A stretch of DNA of 64,000 nucleotides. Origin: an uncultured bacterium. GTDB lineage: Bacteria > Desulfobacterota_D > UBA1144 > Nemesobacterales > UBA2774. A program made the translations under genes and the position numbers. Shown here piece after piece: positions 27,359 through 39,187 of this stretch (the first letter of the stretch is position 1; every line of letters starts with the position of its first letter). The notes under the pieces are model-generated. The model did not search any database. It was not told the origin of the DNA and worked only from the letters and a program-made list of their open reading frames with translations. The stretch spans positions 1,481,410-1,545,409 of the forward strand of contig CAWGRW010000009.1 of assembly GCA_963825135.1 (NCBI GenBank). The letters run 5' to 3'.

Positions 27359-27919
27359 GTGAAATTTCTTGATATATCGTCTCCGACAACTTATTCTAAT
27401 TGCTTGACGCAGCGGGGTATTTTTGAGAAACGTTTGAGAAAATCATTTTATGCGGTAATTGCCGCCTTGATGCTGTCCGCGGTATTTTCCTGCGTTAAGA
27501 AGCCTGAGCCGGAAATCCCCGAGAGGAAGACTCTCGACCCTTCACCGACGAAAGTGGTCGATGAATTGCTCAATGCCTGGCAGCATGAGGATTTCAAAAA
27601 GGCCTTCAAATATGTCTATGCGCCCTATTCGGACGTGGACGGCTACGTGATTCAGATGAAGAACTATTTCAAGGATAATCAGATAACCATTCTCGATTAT
27701 CATATACTGGGGACGCAAATATACGACAGGACGGCTATCGTCGTCGTGGAGCTGAGACAAAAACTTAAATCCTCCAAGACGGGCACCGTCATCGAGCTCA
27801 ATCAGAAGAGCCAGTACGACCTGGGGATCTTCGAGGACAAATGGAAAGTGACTGCGGGAATCTGTATCGAGAACTGTATCGAGAAAGAGCAGCAATTAAA
27901 GGTGAACGACAGCAAATGA
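27359..27919 (+). CDS. Hypothetical lipoprotein (start uncertain)
   Basis: Lipobox AVFS|C after a hydrophobic stretch, so the real start is probably near 27437-27470. A 4-nt overlap with dapB suggests co-transcription. Confidence 0.45.
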   Translation: MKFLDISSPTTYSNCLTQRGIFEKRLRKSFYAVIAALMLSAVFSCVKKPEPEIPERKTLDPSPTKVVDELLNAWQHEDFKKAFKYVYAPYSDVDGYVIQMKNYFKDNQITILDYHILGTQIYDRTAIVVVELRQKLKSSKTGTVIELNQKSQYDLGIFEDKWKVTAGICIENCIEKEQQLKVNDSK

Positions 27920-28716
27920 TAAGGGTATCGGTAATGGGTTCAGCGGGGAGGATGGGGCAGAGGATAATTTATTACCTCTCCAGGGACGAGGGGATCAGGA
28001 TAGTCGGAGCCAAGGAAGCCGATAGACACCCCTCGCTCGGCATAGACGCGGGGATACTCGCCGGGGTGGGAGAGATAGGCGTCCCTATAACGAGCGATAT
28101 GGCCGGATCCTCGCACGGTGCGGATGTCATCGTCGATTTTTCTTCCCCTAAATCGACGCTGCTTAACGCCTCGTACGCTTCGGCCGAAGGCAAATCCATG
28201 GTGATCGGGACTACGGGCTTTACGGAAGGAGAGGAGAAAGAGCTCTCGGAGATTTGCATGGGGTTACCCTGCGTGGTCTCGGCGAATATGAGCATCGGCG
28301 TAAATGTCATGATAGAGGCGACAAAGATCCTGGCGCGTACCCTTGGGGACGAATACGACGTCGAGATCTTCGAGGCCCACCATAAGCATAAAGTCGACTC
28401 CCCGAGCGGCACGGCGTTAATGATCGGGCAGGCGGCCTCGGAGGGTCTGGGCCGGGATTTCCGGGAAGTCGCCAGATTCGAAAGGCACGGGAGGGTGGGT
28501 GAGCGGAAACAGCATGAGATAGGCATACAGTCGCTCCGGGGCGGGGACGTGGTGGGGGAGCATACCGTCATGTTCCTGGGCGAGGGGGAGAGGATCGAGC
28601 TTACACACAGGGCGTTCAGCAGGGACAATTTCGCCAAGGGAGTCTTGCGCGCTGTAAACTGGGTCCATGGCAAGCCGCCCGGAATCTATTCCATGAAGGA
28701 CGTTCTGGCCCTTTGA
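27916..28716 (+). CDS. dapB: 4-hydroxy-tetrahydrodipicolinate reductase
   Basis: MIRVSVMGSAGRMG NAD(P)-binding N-terminus and the DapB signature EAHHKHKVDSPSGTAL. Confidence 0.85.
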   Translation: MIRVSVMGSAGRMGQRIIYYLSRDEGIRIVGAKEADRHPSLGIDAGILAGVGEIGVPITSDMAGSSHGADVIVDFSSPKSTLLNASYASAEGKSMVIGTTGFTEGEEKELSEICMGLPCVVSANMSIGVNVMIEATKILARTLGDEYDVEIFEAHHKHKVDSPSGTALMIGQAASEGLGRDFREVARFERHGRVGERKQHEIGIQSLRGGDVVGEHTVMFLGEGERIELTHRAFSRDNFAKGVLRAVNWVHGKPPGIYSMKDVLAL

Positions 28717-28722
28717 TCGTAG

Positions 28723-29879
<1,157 letters not shown>

Positions 29880-29880
<1 letters not shown>

Positions 29881-30269
29881 TGTATAAGAACATCATAGCG
29901 ATAATATCCGTAGCTTTAATGGCGATGGGCGGGTGCCAGGCGCCCGGAGGCGAAGGCGGGGGCGGCACTTCTCCCTTGGCCTTCCTGCCGTTCGTCCTGA
30001 TATTCGTCCTGTTTTATTTCCTGATTCTGAGGCCCCAGCAGAAACAGGGCAAAAAAAAGGAAGAGCTGCTGAAGAGCCTTAAGCGCGGAGACAATGTCAT
30101 CACCGCCGGGGGTATCTACGGTAAGATAATGAACATCACGGAAGACGATATTGTAACGCTCGAGGTATCCAAGGGCGTAAGCATCCGCATCGCCCGCTCC
30201 GGTATTTCCGGGCTCGAGGGCCAGGCGAAGGAAGAACCAAAGGATAAGGAGGATAAATCCAAGAAATGA
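29880..30269 (+). CDS. yajC: Preprotein translocase subunit YajC
   Basis: TM helix followed by …QQKQGKKKEELLKSLKRGDNVITAGGIYGKI…; conserved tgt-yajC-secD-secF order. Start codon uncertain (GTG at 29880 or a downstream ATG). Confidence 0.75.
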
Positions 30270-31864
30270 GAGCTTCCAGAGGATGGGTTATTGCGATTCT
30301 CGTCTTTACCGTGCTGTCTGTGCTTTTAATGATCCCGACGGTTGCGGGCGACGCCCTTCCGAAATGGTGGGGAAAAATTTTCCCCGACAAGGGGATCAAC
30401 CTCGGGCTTGATTTAAGAGGAGGGATTTTTCTTCTTGTTGGTGTGGACAGCGATAAGGCTATAGAGCATGAGCTTAACAGCATTAACGATTTTATGGGGC
30501 AGGAATTAAAAAACGAAAAGGTGCTGGTTAAGGGTTCTCAGATAACCGGTCAGGATCTGACGATGCAGTTTTTTTCGAAAGAGGACCTAGATAAGGCGAA
30601 GAAGATCGCGGATGACAACTTCAAGGACAGGACCGATATTGACGAGAAAGATCTATCTTTGAAATTTGCCCTTAAGAGCAGATATCTAGAGGATGTACGC
30701 GTCAGGGCAATCGACCAGGTCAAGCAGGTGCTGGAAAACCGCATTCAGGAGATGGGGCTTGTCGAGCCATCCGTCCAGAAAGCGGGAGCGGGAAGGATAT
30801 TGATACAGGTCCCGGGCGCTTCCGAAAAGGACAGGCAGAGAGTAATCGACATAATAAAGCGTTCTGCGGTGCTCCAGTTCAAGATCGTCAAGGATACGGG
30901 TCCTGACCAGGACGTCCTGCTTGCAAAATACGGCGTTAAGACGCCAGAAGAGCTCAAAGCCCAGGGCTTGACGCTCATTCCCGGGTCTACGGGGACCGAA
31001 AACGAGAAATTTTTTATCGCTACCGCCGATTCGCCGGTGACGGGCGAGTCTCTTTCCGACGCGAGGATCATATTCGACGAATTCGGCAGACCCGCCGTCG
31101 GCTTTAACTTCAAAGGCCAGGGCGCGAGCAGATTCGGCGAGCTGACTGAGAAAAATATCGGCAAGAGACTTGCCATAGACCTCGACGGAACAATCAAGTC
31201 CGCGCCGACTATTCAGGAGAGAATATCCTCCCAGGGGAGGATTACGGGTAGTTTTACACCCGATGAAGCGAAAGACCTGGCGCTCGTGCTGCGTTCGGGC
31301 GCCCTTCCGGTCCCGGTTAATATCGAGCAGGAAAGGACAGTGGGGCCGTCGCTCGGCAAGGACTCTATAGATAGCGGCATTCGCTCGATGGTCGTCGGGG
31401 GGCTGTTGGTCATCGTCTTCATGATCTTCTTCTACAAGCTGCAGGGCTTTGTCTCCGACCTCGCTCTCGCATTGAACATGCTGTTCATACTGGGTTTCCT
31501 TTCCGCCTTCGGAATTACGCTTACGCTTCCCGGCATAGCGGGTCTCGTCCTTACGATGGGTATGGCCGTTGACGGGAATATTATTATTCTCGAAAGGATT
31601 AAAGAGGAGATCAGGGCCGGGAAATCTCCCTTGGCGGCGATAGACGCGGGTTATGGAAGATCTCTATGGACCGTGCTCGACGCAAACATAACGACCCTGA
31701 TTACGGCCCTCATTCTGTTCTGGTTCGGCACCGGGCCGATAAAAGGCTTCGCAGCGACGGTTTCGATCGGTATTATTTCAACGGTTTTCAGCAACGTGGT
31801 TGTTGCTCGCGTAATGACCAATTTTATTTATCAGGATAGAAAAGTACCTGCTATAAGCATCTAA
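30266..31864 (+). CDS. secD: Protein translocase subunit SecD
   Basis: 532 aa with a large periplasmic domain and C-terminal 6-TM bundle (…SIDSGIRSMVVGGLLVIVFMIFFY…). Conserved synteny. Confidence 0.9.
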   Translation: MRASRGWVIAILVFTVLSVLLMIPTVAGDALPKWWGKIFPDKGINLGLDLRGGIFLLVGVDSDKAIEHELNSINDFMGQELKNEKVLVKGSQITGQDLTMQFFSKEDLDKAKKIADDNFKDRTDIDEKDLSLKFALKSRYLEDVRVRAIDQVKQVLENRIQEMGLVEPSVQKAGAGRILIQVPGASEKDRQRVIDIIKRSAVLQFKIVKDTGPDQDVLLAKYGVKTPEELKAQGLTLIPGSTGTENEKFFIATADSPVTGESLSDARIIFDEFGRPAVGFNFKGQGASRFGELTEKNIGKRLAIDLDGTIKSAPTIQERISSQGRITGSFTPDEAKDLALVLRSGALPVPVNIEQERTVGPSLGKDSIDSGIRSMVVGGLLVIVFMIFFYKLQGFVSDLALALNMLFILGFLSAFGITLTLPGIAGLVLTMGMAVDGNIIILERIKEEIRAGKSPLAAIDAGYGRSLWTVLDANITTLITALILFWFGTGPIKGFAATVSIGIISTVFSNVVVARVMTNFIYQDRKVPAISI

Positions 31865-31890
31865 AGGACTACTCGGGAGGGTATCGTAAC

Positions 31891-32808
31891 TTGGATTTAA
31901 TAAAACCTGGCACTCATATCGATTTCGTGGGGAAAATGGGAAAAGCCTTGGTAATATCGGGCGTACTCATCCTGATTTCGATAGCATCGGTAATATATCA
32001 TAAGGGTCCTAACTGGGGGGTCGAGTTCACCGGCGGCAGTGAGATACAGATTAAACTCGCAAAGGACGTGAGCGTCGAGGATATCAGAGCCGTCCTGACA
32101 AAGTCCTCTTACCAGCCGGATGAAGTTCAGAGGCTCGGCCTTCAGAGCGAGCACGAGTACCTGATCAGGTTCAGCTCCGACGTCGTAAAATTTGACCAGA
32201 TACAGGGCTTTCAGAATAAGCTGAGAGAGATAATGGATTCGAATCCCGAGTTCCAGGGCGGTTCTATTTTGAGGGTCGATTATATAGGACCTAAAGTCGG
32301 CGCGGAACTGATAGAGAAGGCGATAATTGCCGTGTTATTGGGATGTGTCGGGATCCTCATATATGTAATGTTCAGGTTCGAGTTCGCTTTCGCAATGGGG
32401 GCCGTCCTCGCGCTCGTGCACGACACGGTCATAACCATAGGAGCCATATCCATTACGGATAAGGAATTCACTCTCACGATTGTAGCCGCCCTGCTGACGA
32501 TAATCGGTTATTCGGTGAACGACACTATCATCATATTCGACAGAATTAGAGAGAATGTGAAGAAGGGCGGCGGTTTGAGCTTCGGGGAGATCGTGAACAA
32601 TTCCGTGAATCAAACCCTGTCGAGGACGATATTGACGAGCTTGACGGTTTTCCTCGTGTTGTTATCGCTTTTCTTCCTGGGCGGCTCGGTAATACATGAT
32701 TTCGCCTTTGCACTTATTGTGGGCGTCATAGTGGGTACTTACTCTTCGGTCTTTATAGCGAGCGCGCTCGTCATATACTGGAGAAGATTCAGAGGAATGA
32801 CGAATTAA
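31891..32808 (+). CDS. secF: Protein translocase subunit SecF
   Basis: 305 aa, SecF TM core (…IIGYSVNDTIIIFDRIREN…), immediately after secD. Confidence 0.9.
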   Translation: MDLIKPGTHIDFVGKMGKALVISGVLILISIASVIYHKGPNWGVEFTGGSEIQIKLAKDVSVEDIRAVLTKSSYQPDEVQRLGLQSEHEYLIRFSSDVVKFDQIQGFQNKLREIMDSNPEFQGGSILRVDYIGPKVGAELIEKAIIAVLLGCVGILIYVMFRFEFAFAMGAVLALVHDTVITIGAISITDKEFTLTIVAALLTIIGYSVNDTIIIFDRIRENVKKGGGLSFGEIVNNSVNQTLSRTILTSLTVFLVLLSLFFLGGSVIHDFAFALIVGVIVGTYSSVFIASALVIYWRRFRGMTN

Positions 32809-33137
32809 ATAACGGAAGCCCGCGGTTCGAGCTCTTTCGCTATATCCTCCAGGGACGGCACAGTCCCCGAGCTTACCGTTTTCCCGTTCACGATGACAGC
32901 GGGCACCGGATACCAGAGCAGCAGGGTCCTTATGGAAGAAATTAGAGGCCCGCGGCGCCTTAAAATGTCTTTAATCACCGCGGGTATGACGTATATATAG
33001 TCTTTGGGCTCGATCTGTATTATCTCCACTTCGTCTTCCGAGTACCTTTCCCTGATTTCCCTGTGGAGCCTCCCGCATTCCCCCGCCGATTCCCTTATCT
33101 CATGGTACGAGGGTTCCTTCTTTGCATGCTCCCCCAT
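32805..33137 (-). CDS. Small thioredoxin-fold protein (redox-active disulfide protein 2-like C-terminus); start uncertain
   Basis: C-terminal …WYPVPAVIVNGKTVSSGTVPSLEDIAKEL… resembles small thioredoxin-family proteins (…TPALVIDGEVVSSGRVPSKEEI…). The track ORF (to 33290) overlaps the cstA 3' end by 86 nt; an internal Met at 33137 avoids the overlap. Confidence 0.4.
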   Translation of the reverse strand: MGEHAKKEPSYHEIRESAGECGRLHREIRERYSEDEVEIIQIEPKDYIYVIPAVIKDILRRRGPLISSIRTLLLWYPVPAVIVNGKTVSSGTVPSLEDIAKELEPRASVI

Positions 33138-33204
33138 GCCTCCCGAGCAGCATATGCACCCGCTTCCCGAATCGCTCTCCCTCACTATGATAACGGTCGA
33201 GTCG

Positions 33205-35034
33205 CTAATCGTGAGCCGCCTCCTTTTCAGGGAGTGTCTCCGCTTTCTTTTCGGCGGGTGACGCCTTGATCCATACCCTGATCGAATCAATAATGATTAT
33301 TATAGCGCAGAGCATAATCACGGCCGTGAAAATTATGTTCACGTACCCCTGGAGCGCGAAGCCTTCCTTCCCGGCAAGCGGAATGTAATTCTTCGTGATA
33401 TTCAGCCACGCGGCCGTGAGCGTCGTCGCCATGACGAATGCCATCGGCACGAGGGTAACCCATGCGTATTTCGCCCTGCCGAGCTTGATGATGAACGTCG
33501 TCCCGACGCAGAGCGCGATTCCGGCCAGCAGCTGGTTCGCCGTTCCGAACATGGGCCAGATTGTGCTGATGCTCCCGGTGAGCACGAAGTATCCCCAGGC
33601 GCAGGATATGAGGGCGCTCGAAATCACCGCCGACGGCAGGTGGTCTATCCTCTCGAACGGTTTATAAAACCTCCCGCCGAACTCCTGTATCATGAACCTG
33701 GCGACCCTCGTCCCCGTGTCTATGGTCGTCAGTATGAAGAGTGCTTCGAACATTATCGCGAAATGGTACCAGTAGTCCATCAGTCGGCTCATTCCCGGGA
33801 GCGCCGTGAATATCTGGGCCATCCCCACGGCGAGGGAAACTGCTCCGCCCGTCCTTCCGTACAGGCTTTCCCCGACCTGCGCCGAGAGATGGTCGAGGTT
33901 CACGGTGCTCAGGCCGAGCGTTTCGAATATCGGCGCGGGGACGTTTATGGCGAAGTAGTCGCCGGGGAAGAGGGCGGTCGCGGCGATGAGCGCGAGGATT
34001 GCGATGAACCCCTCTATCAGCATCGCGACGAACCCTATCGTTTTGATATCCGATTCCTTCGAGACCATTTTGGGAGAAGTACCAGATGCGACGAGCGCGT
34101 GGAACCCCGAGATCGCGCCGCAGGCGATTGTTATGAAGGTGAAAGGGAACAACGCCCCCGGTATTATGGGCCCTCCGCCATGTATATACCGGGTCAGGGC
34201 CGGCATCTTGAGCTCGGGGTCGACGATGATTATCCCGACGGCGAGAAATATTATAGTGCCGATTTTCATGAAAGAACTAAGATAATCCCTCGGACAGAGG
34301 AGGAGCCAGACGGGCATTATCGAGGCGGCAAAACCGTAAATGAGTATGAATATGGTTATCTTGGTTTTCGGAAGCATGAAATAGGGCGCGAGCGAAGAGT
34401 GCGCTATGTCCTTCCCGAAATAGACGGCGCAAATGAGCAGGATTACGCCTATGACCGTGGCTTCCACTATCCTTCCTTTCCTGAACCTGTACATGTAGAG
34501 TCCCATAAAGAAGGCGATCGGTATGGTGCACCCTATAGTGAACACCCCCCATGAGCTTTCCGCGAGCGCGTTTACTACGGCGAGCCCGAGCCCTGCCAAT
34601 GCTATGACGAGTATGAACAGGACCGCGATCGAGGCTATGATCCCCGAAAGCGGGCTGATTTCCGCCTTCGCTATCTCCGCTAGGGATTTTCCCCCGTGCC
34701 TTACCGATGCGAAGAATATGATAAAGTCATGTACCGCGCCCGCGAGCACTACGCCTATCAATATCCAGAGATAACCCGGCAGCACCCCGAACTGGGCGGC
34801 GAGGACGGGCCCTATCAGGGGCCCCGCTCCCGTAATGGCGGCGAAGTGATGTCCGAAGAGCACCCATTTATTCGTCGGGAAGTAGTTCTGACCGTCATAC
34901 ATCGTGTATGCGGGGGTTTTTCTCGAATCGTCCAGCACCGCGACCCTGGCGGCGATAAACCCGTGGTAATACCTGTAGAAAATCACCATGACGCAAAGAG
35001 CCGCTACGACCAGAGGCATGGCGTGTATGGTCAT
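33205..35034 (-). CDS. cstA: Carbon starvation protein A (peptide/pyruvate transporter CstA family)
   Basis: 609 aa polytopic protein; N-terminus [31 protein letters not shown]…[29 protein letters not shown] is highly characteristic of CstA. Confidence 0.9.
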   Translation of the reverse strand: MTIHAMPLVVAALCVMVIFYRYYHGFIAARVAVLDDSRKTPAYTMYDGQNYFPTNKWVLFGHHFAAITGAGPLIGPVLAAQFGVLPGYLWILIGVVLAGAVHDFIIFFASVRHGGKSLAEIAKAEISPLSGIIASIAVLFILVIALAGLGLAVVNALAESSWGVFTIGCTIPIAFFMGLYMYRFRKGRIVEATVIGVILLICAVYFGKDIAHSSLAPYFMLPKTKITIFILIYGFAASIMPVWLLLCPRDYLSSFMKIGTIIFLAVGIIIVDPELKMPALTRYIHGGGPIIPGALFPFTFITIACGAISGFHALVASGTSPKMVSKESDIKTIGFVAMLIEGFIAILALIAATALFPGDYFAINVPAPIFETLGLSTVNLDHLSAQVGESLYGRTGGAVSLAVGMAQIFTALPGMSRLMDYWYHFAIMFEALFILTTIDTGTRVARFMIQEFGGRFYKPFERIDHLPSAVISSALISCAWGYFVLTGSISTIWPMFGTANQLLAGIALCVGTTFIIKLGRAKYAWVTLVPMAFVMATTLTAAWLNITKNYIPLAGKEGFALQGYVNIIFTAVIMLCAIIIIIDSIRVWIKASPAEKKAETLPEKEAAHD

Positions 35035-35483
35035 CTGGGTGACCTCGTTTCAGAATCAATATCGAAGGGGGCGATCATGATCTCGTTAATCGGCCGTATT
35101 CATCATTCCCGGTTGTTTTTATCATGAAACCGGCGCTCCGCCGGATATGAAGATACAGCAAATGGATCATAAACTCAAAAAACCTGCCGTTTATGGAACG
35201 ACGGTATCTATTTTATGCCCCTCGCATCATTCTCCTTGACTTTATTGTGTATTCTGATATGTTTTCCGCATCTTTGGGAGGAATGAGGTTATAAATTGCT
35301 TCGATCGAGGTACGGAAACGTTAGTAAGAGTACCTGCCGGGAATGTGTGTTCCGCTCATTTTTATTTTTAAATTCAGGCAGTTCCAGCATAGCTAGAAAA
35401 TCCCCCGGTTTACACCTCGCCCCCCGCACGACAATAATCTGAAAATTGCAGAATGTTATCAATAAAACAAAGGAGAATTTGAT

Positions 35484-37607
35484 ATGGAGATAAGCAGCCA
35501 CACATTAATTTTGCTTGTTTTAGGCATAAGCGTGCTTTCTCTGGCTTTCGCGGGATATCTTGCGAAGTTCGTGCTCAGTTCCGATGTGGGCACGACCGCG
35601 ATGCAGGAGATAAGTAACGCGATTAAGGAAGGAGCGGAGGCGTTTCTCAAGAGACAGTACTCGACTATTATCATGATGAGTCTCGCTCTCGCTGCACTTA
35701 TGTTCCTGGTTTACTGGTTCCTCGCCGGCGATAAGGATACCGCCTGGCGTACTACAGTCGCATTTCTTTTCGGAGCGGGCTGCTCGGCTCTTGCTGGATA
35801 TATAGGGATGTGGATATCGATAAGGACGAACATCCGTACCGCGAGCGCCGTCAGGTCGAGTCTCGACAGGGCGCTCAGGATTTCGTTCAGGGGCGGGGCG
35901 GTATCGGGTATCACGATCGTCGCCATGAGTCTTCTAGGCGTTGGCATTCTCTTCGTGCTCTACGGCGGATATAGTGATAATGCGGAAGTGCTGAAGAGGG
36001 TCCCGTATCTTATAGTCGGGTACGGATTCGGAGCGAGCTTCGTCGCGCTTTTCGCTCAGCTGGGAGGCGGTATTTACACTAAAGCGGCTGACGTCGGAGC
36101 CGACCTCGTCGGCAAGGTCGAAGCCGGGATACCCGAAGACGACCCAAGGAACCCCGCCGTTATAGCCGACCTCGTCGGTGATAACGTCGGCGACTGCGCC
36201 GGCCGTGGAGCCGACCTCTTTGAGTCGACCGCCGCAGAAAACATAGGCGCCATGATTTTGGGTGTTGCCCTCTTCCCTCACTTCGGGATCAAGGGGATAC
36301 TCTTCCCGCTCGTCGCCCGTGCCTTCGGTCTCATAGCGAGCATGATTGGAATAACGTTGGTTAAGTTAAAAAATGAAAATGAAGACCCCATGGAGTCGCT
36401 CAACCGCGGCTACTACATCACCTGCATCCTTGCGGCCGCAGGGTTTTTCGTTGCGACGTATCTCCTGCTTAACAACAACCTCTGGTTGTTCCTCTCAGGC
36501 GTGATCGGTATCGCGACGAGCATCGCGTTCGTTTACATCACACAATACTATACGGAATACAGATACCGTCCGGTGCAGTTCATAGCCGAAGCGTCTCAAA
36601 CGGGTCCCGCTACCAACATCATAGCCGGTCTCGCGGTAGGCCTCGAGTGTACCGCCCTCCCCGTGCTTGCTATTTCCGCGGCTCTTATAAGCTCATATTA
36701 CTGCGGAATGCACGGACTTAAGGAGTTTGCCGATATTTCACGGAACGCCGCGGGTCTATACGGCACTGCAATCGCCTGTATGGGAATGCTGGGTACGGCG
36801 GCATACATCCTTGCCATGGATACCTTCGGGCCTATTACGGACAACGCCGGCGGTATAGTTGAAATGAGCAAGCAGCCTGAAGAAATTAGAAACAAGACGG
36901 ACAGGCTCGATGCGGTCGGAAACACGACCAAGGCCCTCACCAAGGGATACGCTATAGGCTCTGCTGCTCTCGCGGCGTTCCTTCTCTTCTCGGCTTACAT
37001 GGACGAAGTCTCACACCTCACCGGAAAGCTTTTCGATACCGTTGACATTGCCCAGGTCCAGGTCTTCGTGGGCGGACTCTTGGGAGCGATGTTGGTCTTC
37101 CTCTTCAGCTCGCTCGCGATAAGGGCTGTAGCCAGAGCGGCGTACTATGTAATCAGCGACGTACGCGCTCAGTTCAAGGAAAACCCGGGTATCCTCCAGG
37201 GCACTTCCAAGCCTGACTACGCCAGGTGCGTCGATATCGTCACGAAGGGCGCTCTCAAGGAAATGATCCCTCCCGGGCTTCTCGCCGTCTGCATGCCTAT
37301 AGCGGTAGGACTCGTATTCAAGCAGTTCGGTCTCGGTGCAGAGGCTGTGGCCGCGTTCCTGATGGTGGGAACGATAGCAGGCATCCTGCTCGCGACGTTT
37401 ATGAATAACGGCGGCGGCGCCTGGGACAACGCGAAGAAATTCGTGGAGATGGGGAACTACGGCGGTAAGAAGTCAGAGACGCATAAAGCTACAATAGTAG
37501 GCGACACGGTCGGCGACCCGTTCAAGGACACGGCAGGCCCGTCTATACACGTGCTGATCAAGCTTCTCTCGACGATTACGCTCGTGCTCGCGCCGTTGTT
37601 TATCTAA
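35484..37607 (+). CDS. hppA: Membrane-bound proton-translocating pyrophosphatase (H+-PPase); K+-independent-type signature
   Basis: …GGGIYTKAADVGADLVGKVEAGIPEDDPRNPAVIADLVGDNVGDCAGRGADLFES… and …GNTTKALTKGYAIGSAALAAF… (Lys in the GNTT[A/K]A motif). Confidence 0.9.
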   Translation: MEISSHTLILLVLGISVLSLAFAGYLAKFVLSSDVGTTAMQEISNAIKEGAEAFLKRQYSTIIMMSLALAALMFLVYWFLAGDKDTAWRTTVAFLFGAGCSALAGYIGMWISIRTNIRTASAVRSSLDRALRISFRGGAVSGITIVAMSLLGVGILFVLYGGYSDNAEVLKRVPYLIVGYGFGASFVALFAQLGGGIYTKAADVGADLVGKVEAGIPEDDPRNPAVIADLVGDNVGDCAGRGADLFESTAAENIGAMILGVALFPHFGIKGILFPLVARAFGLIASMIGITLVKLKNENEDPMESLNRGYYITCILAAAGFFVATYLLLNNNLWLFLSGVIGIATSIAFVYITQYYTEYRYRPVQFIAEASQTGPATNIIAGLAVGLECTALPVLAISAALISSYYCGMHGLKEFADISRNAAGLYGTAIACMGMLGTAAYILAMDTFGPITDNAGGIVEMSKQPEEIRNKTDRLDAVGNTTKALTKGYAIGSAALAAFLLFSAYMDEVSHLTGKLFDTVDIAQVQVFVGGLLGAMLVFLFSSLAIRAVARAAYYVISDVRAQFKENPGILQGTSKPDYARCVDIVTKGALKEMIPPGLLAVCMPIAVGLVFKQFGLGAEAVAAFLMVGTIAGILLATFMNNGGGAWDNAKKFVEMGNYGGKKSETHKATIVGDTVGDPFKDTAGPSIHVLIKLLSTITLVLAPLFI

Positions 37608-37637
37608 TTTTTAGAGAGTAATATTCAGGAGGCCCTG

Positions 37638-39080
37638 TTGATGTTGAAACAACTCCTGAAACGAAAAAATATAAGCCGGATAATGGTTGAAGCGGACGAG
37701 CGGCACGGTCTAAAACGTGTGCTCGGTCCGCTTGATCTGGTTAGCCTCGGCGTCGGGATCATAATCGGCGCCGGTATTTTCGTCGTTACGGGCCAGGCGG
37801 CTGCCCAGTACGCGGGACCCGCAATATCGCTCTCCTTCGTTCTATCCGGTTTCGGCTGCGTTTTGGCGGGTTTGTGTTATGCCGAAATGGCCTCGATGAT
37901 CCATGTCTCCGGGAGCGCATATACCTATGCGTATGCCACGCTCGGGCAATTTATCGCGTGGGTGATCGGGTGGGACCTCATTCTCGAGTACCTCTTCGCA
38001 AGCTCGACTGTCTCGGTAGGCTGGTCGGGCTACGTCGTGAGTTTCCTCAAGGACTTCGGCTACATAGTTCCCGACATCATATCGAAGGCACCTTTATCCT
38101 ACGACCCTCATGCCGGATGGGCTTTCACGGGCGCGGTTATCAATCTCCCCGCCATACTTATCGTTCTCGCCGCGATGACGCTCCTGACCCTAGGTATCAG
38201 GGAATCGGCGGCGGCGAACAGCATTATCGTGATTATGAAGCTCGCGGTTCTGCTGGTCTTCATCGGGGTCGGCTTTTTCTATATAAACAAGGAGAACTGG
38301 CACCCGTTCATACCCCCTAATACAGGATCGTTCGGTCATTTCGGATGGAGCGGAGTGCTCCGGGGCGCGGGCGTGATATTCTTCGCTTATATAGGCTTCG
38401 ACGCCGTTTCTACCGCAGCGCAGGAAACACGAAACCCGCAGCGTAACGTGCCTATAGGCATACTCGGCTCTTTGCTCGTCGCGACTGTTTTATATATCGT
38501 AGTAGCGCTTGTTCTAACGGGCGTCGTGAAATATTCGATATTGAACGTGCCCGATCCGATCGCGGTGGCCGTCGATTTTATGGGGGAGAAGCTCTACTGG
38601 CTCCGCCCGTTGATAAAGATAGGGGCGATTGCCGGCCTCACGTCCGTTATCCTCGTGCTCCTGTTCGGGCAGACCAGGATATTCTATTCGATGGCGCGCG
38701 ACAAAATGCTGCCCGGACGGTTCGCGGCCTTGCATCCCGTATACAGGACCCCGATATTTACTACGATTCTGACTGGGGTCTCCGCTTCTTTTATCGCGGG
38801 AATATTCCCTATAGGAATACTGGGAGAGCTGGTATCGATAGGGACCCTGTTCGCTTTCGTGATAGTCTGCGCCGGGGTGCTTGTGCTCCGATATACCGAC
38901 CCCGGGCTTCCGAGGCCCTTTAAGGTCCCGTTTTTTCCCCTTGTCCCGATACTGGGCGCGTGCGTGAGCTTCCTTCAGATGGCGGCGCTTCCTATGAGTA
39001 CGTGGTTAAGGCTGATTATCTGGATGCTGATCGGGTTCGCGATATATTTCCTGTACTCCCGGAAACATGCCGTGATCTGA
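37638..39080 (+). CDS. Amino acid permease (APC superfamily)
   Basis: 480 aa, 12 TM helices, APC signature region …GAGIFVVTGQAAAQYAGPAISLSFVLSGFGCVLAGLCYAEMAS…. Confidence 0.85.
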   Translation: MMLKQLLKRKNISRIMVEADERHGLKRVLGPLDLVSLGVGIIIGAGIFVVTGQAAAQYAGPAISLSFVLSGFGCVLAGLCYAEMASMIHVSGSAYTYAYATLGQFIAWVIGWDLILEYLFASSTVSVGWSGYVVSFLKDFGYIVPDIISKAPLSYDPHAGWAFTGAVINLPAILIVLAAMTLLTLGIRESAAANSIIVIMKLAVLLVFIGVGFFYINKENWHPFIPPNTGSFGHFGWSGVLRGAGVIFFAYIGFDAVSTAAQETRNPQRNVPIGILGSLLVATVLYIVVALVLTGVVKYSILNVPDPIAVAVDFMGEKLYWLRPLIKIGAIAGLTSVILVLLFGQTRIFYSMARDKMLPGRFAALHPVYRTPIFTTILTGVSASFIAGIFPIGILGELVSIGTLFAFVIVCAGVLVLRYTDPGLPRPFKVPFFPLVPILGACVSFLQMAALPMSTWLRLIIWMLIGFAIYFLYSRKHAVI

Positions 39081-39187
39081 TCAGGATCAGCATGTAAGGG
39101 GGCGCCGCACTCTGGCGAACAAACCGAACTCAAGTTTGCGAATAATAAGTTGGATAAGCGCATTTTTGTAGGTAAATCTATTTAATC

